Positions 57,156 to 62,087 of a DNA stretch of 62,087 bases are shown here, piece after piece. The stretch spans positions 47,609 through 109,695 of the forward strand of contig JAQTQC010000002.1 in assembly GCA_028712505.1 (NCBI GenBank), read 5' to 3'. The translations under genes and the position numbers were made by a program. The stretch comes from Candidatus Omnitrophota bacterium. Lineage in GTDB: Bacteria > Omnitrophota > Gorgyraeia > Gygaellales > Profunditerraquicolaceae. Position 1 is the stretch's first letter; each line of letters opens with the position of its first letter. The notes below the pieces were generated by a model. The model worked only from the letters and a program-made list of their open reading frames with translations, searched no databases and had not been told where the DNA came from.

Positions 57156-57263
57156 AACTTTCCAAGTTTTAGCGGGGCCTGTCGAGTCTTGTCTCTCGCA
57201 TCACCGCTTGCTCGCCCCAGTCTGACGGATAAATTGACCTTGGAGCAAAATATTAAATAATAT
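57156..57263 (-). promoter_or_regulatory. structured folD-metF intergenic leader (unclassified)
   Basis: Nested complementary segments are TCCAAG (57161-66)/CTTGGA (57239-44), GGGGC (57174-78)/GCCCC (57214-18) and CGAG/CTCG (57183-86/57195-98). The outer helix covers the purine-rich ribosome-binding region of metF. Confidence 0.4.
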
Positions 57264-58112
57264 TTATTGCTGAAGCTTGGCTGCCTCGACTAAATTCCGC
57301 ATCAGCATTGTCACGGTCAACGGCCCCACTCCTCCGGGAACAGGAGTAATATAAGCGGCGTGTTTTTGGGCTTTCTCAAATTCCACATCACCGATGATCT
57401 TAGCGCCTATCCGGTTTATGCCGACATCGATAACAATCGCGCCTTCCTTAACCCAGTCGCCTTTTATTAAACCAGCCTTGCCGACTGCCACAATAAGCAC
57501 CTCGGCCCTTCTTACATGCTCTTCAAGCTTACCCGCTTTACTAGTTCCGATATGGCAAACAGTTACGGTGGCAAATTTATCTAATAATAAAAAGGCCAGC
57601 GGTTTTCCTGCAATCTCGCTGTGGCCGACAACCACTGCCTCCTTGCCATATAAATCCACGCCGGTAGAATTTAATAACTCCATTACCGCGCTGGCCGTAC
57701 AAGAAGCGAAACCTGAACGGCTCAAGAAAAGCTTACCGGTATTCTCCGGATGCAGACCCTCGACATCTTTAAAGGGTGCCAGACTCTCGCTTATTTTCCG
57801 GCAATCGATATGTTGAGGAAGAGGCATCTGCACGATAATACCATTAACTGTCTTATCCAGGTTGAGTTTAAGGATGAAATCGATTAAAGCCTGTTCAGTA
57901 GTATCTTTATCCAACTGAAAAAGCTTATAAATGATCCCCAGTTCAAGAGCGGTCTTAGCCTGGGATTTTACATAAGAAGCCGCGCCGGGATTATCACCAA
58001 CCAGAACACTGGCTAAAACCGGCTGCTGCTTTAACTTCTGCGCCTGGCTTTTTATCTCCAGCTTGATTTTTTCAGCCACAGGCTTACCCTCTAATAACCT
58101 TGCCAACGCCAT
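57264..58112 (-). CDS. folD: bifunctional methylene-THF dehydrogenase / methenyl-THF cyclohydrolase
   Basis: FolD sequence (VGDNPGAASYVKSQ, GVGPLTVTML). Confidence 0.93.
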   Translation of the reverse strand: MALARLLEGKPVAEKIKLEIKSQAQKLKQQPVLASVLVGDNPGAASYVKSQAKTALELGIIYKLFQLDKDTTEQALIDFILKLNLDKTVNGIIVQMPLPQHIDCRKISESLAPFKDVEGLHPENTGKLFLSRSGFASCTASAVMELLNSTGVDLYGKEAVVVGHSEIAGKPLAFLLLDKFATVTVCHIGTSKAGKLEEHVRRAEVLIVAVGKAGLIKGDWVKEGAIVIDVGINRIGAKIIGDVEFEKAQKHAAYITPVPGGVGPLTVTMLMRNLVEAAKLQQ

Positions 58113-58647
58113 CCTCCGTATTTTTACGAATCTTCTGGATAATCTTGATTTTCTGGCCCAGTTCTTTTTTTATACCCTGGGATAACTTCTTTTGATCCAA
58201 ACTCTTCAAATTGATCTCTACATTAAAACAAGCGGAGACAAAAGCCGATTCAAGAAATACCGCGGCTATCGCTACATCAGTAATCAGATTGGGGTTTCCT
58301 TTTTTTATCAATGGCGGACATAATCTCGCAGCCTCACAGCAGAGCCTTGCCAGCATCAGCGGCACATCCAGGGCCTTACGCAGGTCCTTGCTTTGATAAG
58401 CAACCACGTCTAAATCCACCAATTCCAGGAAATCATTCCTTAATTTTTCGGATTTGGATAATATCTGTTTTAACTCCGGCTCAAACGCGGCATATCTGGG
58501 TTTTCCCACAGTAAAATTAACCACCATGCTGATTAGACTTGCCCCCATAGCTGCATTTAAAGCTGCAGCCGAGCCCCCTCCGGGAGCAGCAAGTTTAGCC
58601 GAAAGGTCATCCAGATATTTGATTAAATTCTGTTTTTTATATTCCAT
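58084..58647 (-). CDS. fchA: cyclodeaminase/cyclohydrolase family protein (FTCD_C; methenyl-THF cyclohydrolase-like)
   Basis: Has the signature AAPGGGSAAALNAAMGASLISMV. Confidence 0.8.
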   Translation of the reverse strand: MEYKKQNLIKYLDDLSAKLAAPGGGSAAALNAAMGASLISMVVNFTVGKPRYAAFEPELKQILSKSEKLRNDFLELVDLDVVAYQSKDLRKALDVPLMLARLCCEAARLCPPLIKKGNPNLITDVAIAAVFLESAFVSACFNVEINLKSLDQKKLSQGIKKELGQKIKIIQKIRKNTEDGVGKVIRG

Positions 58648-58651
58648 AGTT

Positions 58652-59032
58652 TTAAACGCTAAAAGTAGCGCTCAGCTCAAATGCATCTTTGATTAAATTT
58701 ATTCCCGGTAGATCTTCGTCATACAAAAGCGACACCACATCAAAACGCGCCGGATGATCCAGGAGATTATTTTCTTTTAAATAACAAATTGCCGCTTTAG
58801 AGATTTGCCTCTGCTTTAGCGCGCAAACCGCTTCCGCCGGTTCGCCGAACAATCTTGAATGCCGCGCCTTTACCTCCACAAAACAAATAACCCCTTTGTC
58901 TACGGCGATTATATCTATTTCGCCGGATTTGGTTCTATAATTACATTTAATAACTTTATACCCGCAGCCTTTTAGGAATTTCACTGCCGCCTTTTCAGAT
59001 TGTTTACCGAATTCTAAGTTTTTTCCAGGCAC
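58652..59032 (-). CDS. yraN: YraN-family (UPF0102) endonuclease-like protein
   Basis: Family pattern GEIDIIA...FVEVK...DV. It follows rnhB, a common arrangement. Confidence 0.85.
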   Translation of the reverse strand: MPGKNLEFGKQSEKAAVKFLKGCGYKVIKCNYRTKSGEIDIIAVDKGVICFVEVKARHSRLFGEPAEAVCALKQRQISKAAICYLKENNLLDHPARFDVVSLLYDEDLPGINLIKDAFELSATFSV

Positions 59033-59628
59033 TTTAGAAAAGTCTTGCGGTGGATTGCCGAGGGGCCTATTCTCCTTAAAACCTGACGGTGCTCGGCAGT
59101 AGGATAACCCTTGTGTTTATCAAAACCATACTTCGGATAAAGCTTATGGTATTTCTCCATAAGAGAATCCCTGTATACTTTAGCTAATATGGAAGAGGCG
59201 GCGATACTTAAGGATTTGGCATCCCCTTTGACGATACTCCGGTAAGGCAGACTTAGTTTCATCCGCAGGTTACCGTCTATGATTACGAATGCGCGTTTCA
59301 GCTCAGCAGGGGTTAATTGCCCGGCTAACCCGGAAACCGCCTTTTGCATAGCCAAAATAGTAGCCTGCAGGATATTTATCCGATCAATCTGAGCCTGACT
59401 TACCAAGGCGATCTTATATAAAGATTTATTTTTTATTTCAAAGAACGCCGCTTTTCTTTTTGCAGGGTTTAATTTCTTGGAATCGTCAATACGGTTACGA
59501 AAGCTATATTCCTTTAACAACACCGCGGCTGCCACTACCGGCCCGGCTAACGGCCCGCGGCCAACCTCATCTACGCCGATAATTAAATCAAACCCGCGTT
59601 TTTTTAAGTTTCTTTCGTAGCGCAGCAC
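59014..59628 (-). CDS. rnhB: ribonuclease HII
   Basis: Has the GVDEVGRGPLAGPV motif. A GTG start overlaps the rplS stop by 1 nt. Confidence 0.92.
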   Translation of the reverse strand: MLRYERNLKKRGFDLIIGVDEVGRGPLAGPVVAAAVLLKEYSFRNRIDDSKKLNPAKRKAAFFEIKNKSLYKIALVSQAQIDRINILQATILAMQKAVSGLAGQLTPAELKRAFVIIDGNLRMKLSLPYRSIVKGDAKSLSIAASSILAKVYRDSLMEKYHKLYPKYGFDKHKGYPTAEHRQVLRRIGPSAIHRKTFLKCLEKT

Positions 59629-59984
59629 TAATTAGCTTTTGCTTCTTTGCTTTCTATCTTAGTAGCATGCTTGCCGATCTTGTTTCTTAAATAATAAAGT
59701 TTGGATCGTTTGACTTTTCCTGAACGAAGGATATCAATGCGCTCAATGCTCGGTGAATACAGCGGAAATACGCGCTCGATCCCCTCGCCGAATGAAACTT
59801 TTCTTACCGTAAAATTAAGCTTGATCCCGGAATTGCTTTTGGCAATTACCACACCCTCAAACGGGTGCAGGCGGAATTTACCGTCGGCTTCGGGTATCCT
59901 GGTAAAAACTTTCACCGTATCTCCCACGTTAAACTTCGGCATCTCTTTCTTCGCAAAACCTGCTTCGATTGTCTTGATGTCCAT
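59628..59984 (-). CDS. rplS: 50S ribosomal protein L19
   Basis: L19 sequence (PKFNVGDTVKV..., RLHPFEGVVI). The start is set at the ATG at 59984, preceded by AAAGGAGG. The ORF-track extension runs into the repeat element. Confidence 0.9.
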   Translation of the reverse strand: MDIKTIEAGFAKKEMPKFNVGDTVKVFTRIPEADGKFRLHPFEGVVIAKSNSGIKLNFTVRKVSFGEGIERVFPLYSPSIERIDILRSGKVKRSKLYYLRNKIGKHATKIESKEAKAN

Positions 59985-60003
59985 TGTTACTGCCTCCTTT
60001 AAA

Positions 60004-60068
60004 TGAGCGCTTGACTTACGAACACGATAGTGCGAGTAAGTCAATGCGCGAATTTATCCTGAGCCTGC
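60004..60068. repeat. intergenic repeat element, copy 2
   Basis: TTGACTTAC (60011-60019) and GTAAGTCAA (60036-60044) flank 16 nt, followed by GCGAA..ATCCTGAGCCTGC. It matches 35785-35848. Confidence 0.85.
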
Positions 60069-60130
60069 GAGAAAATTCCCTGGAATTTTCGAGTGATTAG
60101 GCGAAGGATCTTTGTTTATTCCCGATATTA

Positions 60131-62087
<1,957 letters not shown>

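Noticed and set aside
57156-57263. Naming the metF leader as a ZTP (pfl), THF, SAM or SAH riboswitch
   Set aside because: ACUGGGGCG and CAGGCCCCGC superficially resemble the ZTP blocks ACUGGCG and CCGCCUGGGC. However, the conserved cores do not match when written out. The leader is kept only as an unclassified structured RNA.

Overview
This is a gene-dense 62-kb bacterial chromosomal window, moderately AT-rich by eye. About 65 of roughly 68 genes are on the minus strand, and many neighbours overlap by 1-4 nt or more. Most of the content is housekeeping. In order: an FMN-riboswitch-controlled rib operon (ribBA-ribH-nusB-PHP-ribD-ribE); phospholipid genes (pgsA, pgpA, plsC); rimO-rodZ-ftsK-pnp-rpsO; a UvrD-type helicase fused to a Cas4/AddB-like nuclease; an FHA/kinase-like/TPR giant; an Mla/PqiC-type lipid ABC system; recJ-argS-rsfS; trpGDCFBA without trpE; murA-prmC-prfA-rpmE-rho-coaE-glgA-polA; and yraN-rnhB-rplS-trmD-tgt. 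A Wood-Ljungdahl-related block (fchA-folD-metF-acsB) points to anaerobic C1 metabolism. Mla/PqiC, DUF748, RodZ and several lipoproteins suggest a diderm envelope. I cannot assign a lineage. I saw no rRNA, tRNA, CRISPR array, transposase or prophage. I found no clear new multi-gene system such as a defence island. The observations most worth follow-up are: (1) a PHP phosphoesterase translationally coupled inside the riboswitch-controlled rib operon; (2) an FMN riboswitch about twice the usual size with a tandemly duplicated hairpin module; (3) a ~65-nt intergenic element with a perfect 9-bp inverted repeat, present twice 24 kb apart; (4) an identical 20-mer spanning the stop codons of rho and rpmE that creates a 3-codon mini-ORF; (5) an acsB with an N-terminal extension, coupled to metF but without other ACS/CODH genes in the window; (6) a kinase domain whose catalytic HRD is HGN; and (7) two small ORFs with good ribosome-binding sites that fall below the ORF-track cutoff. 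All functional calls come from motif recognition by eye. No searches were run.
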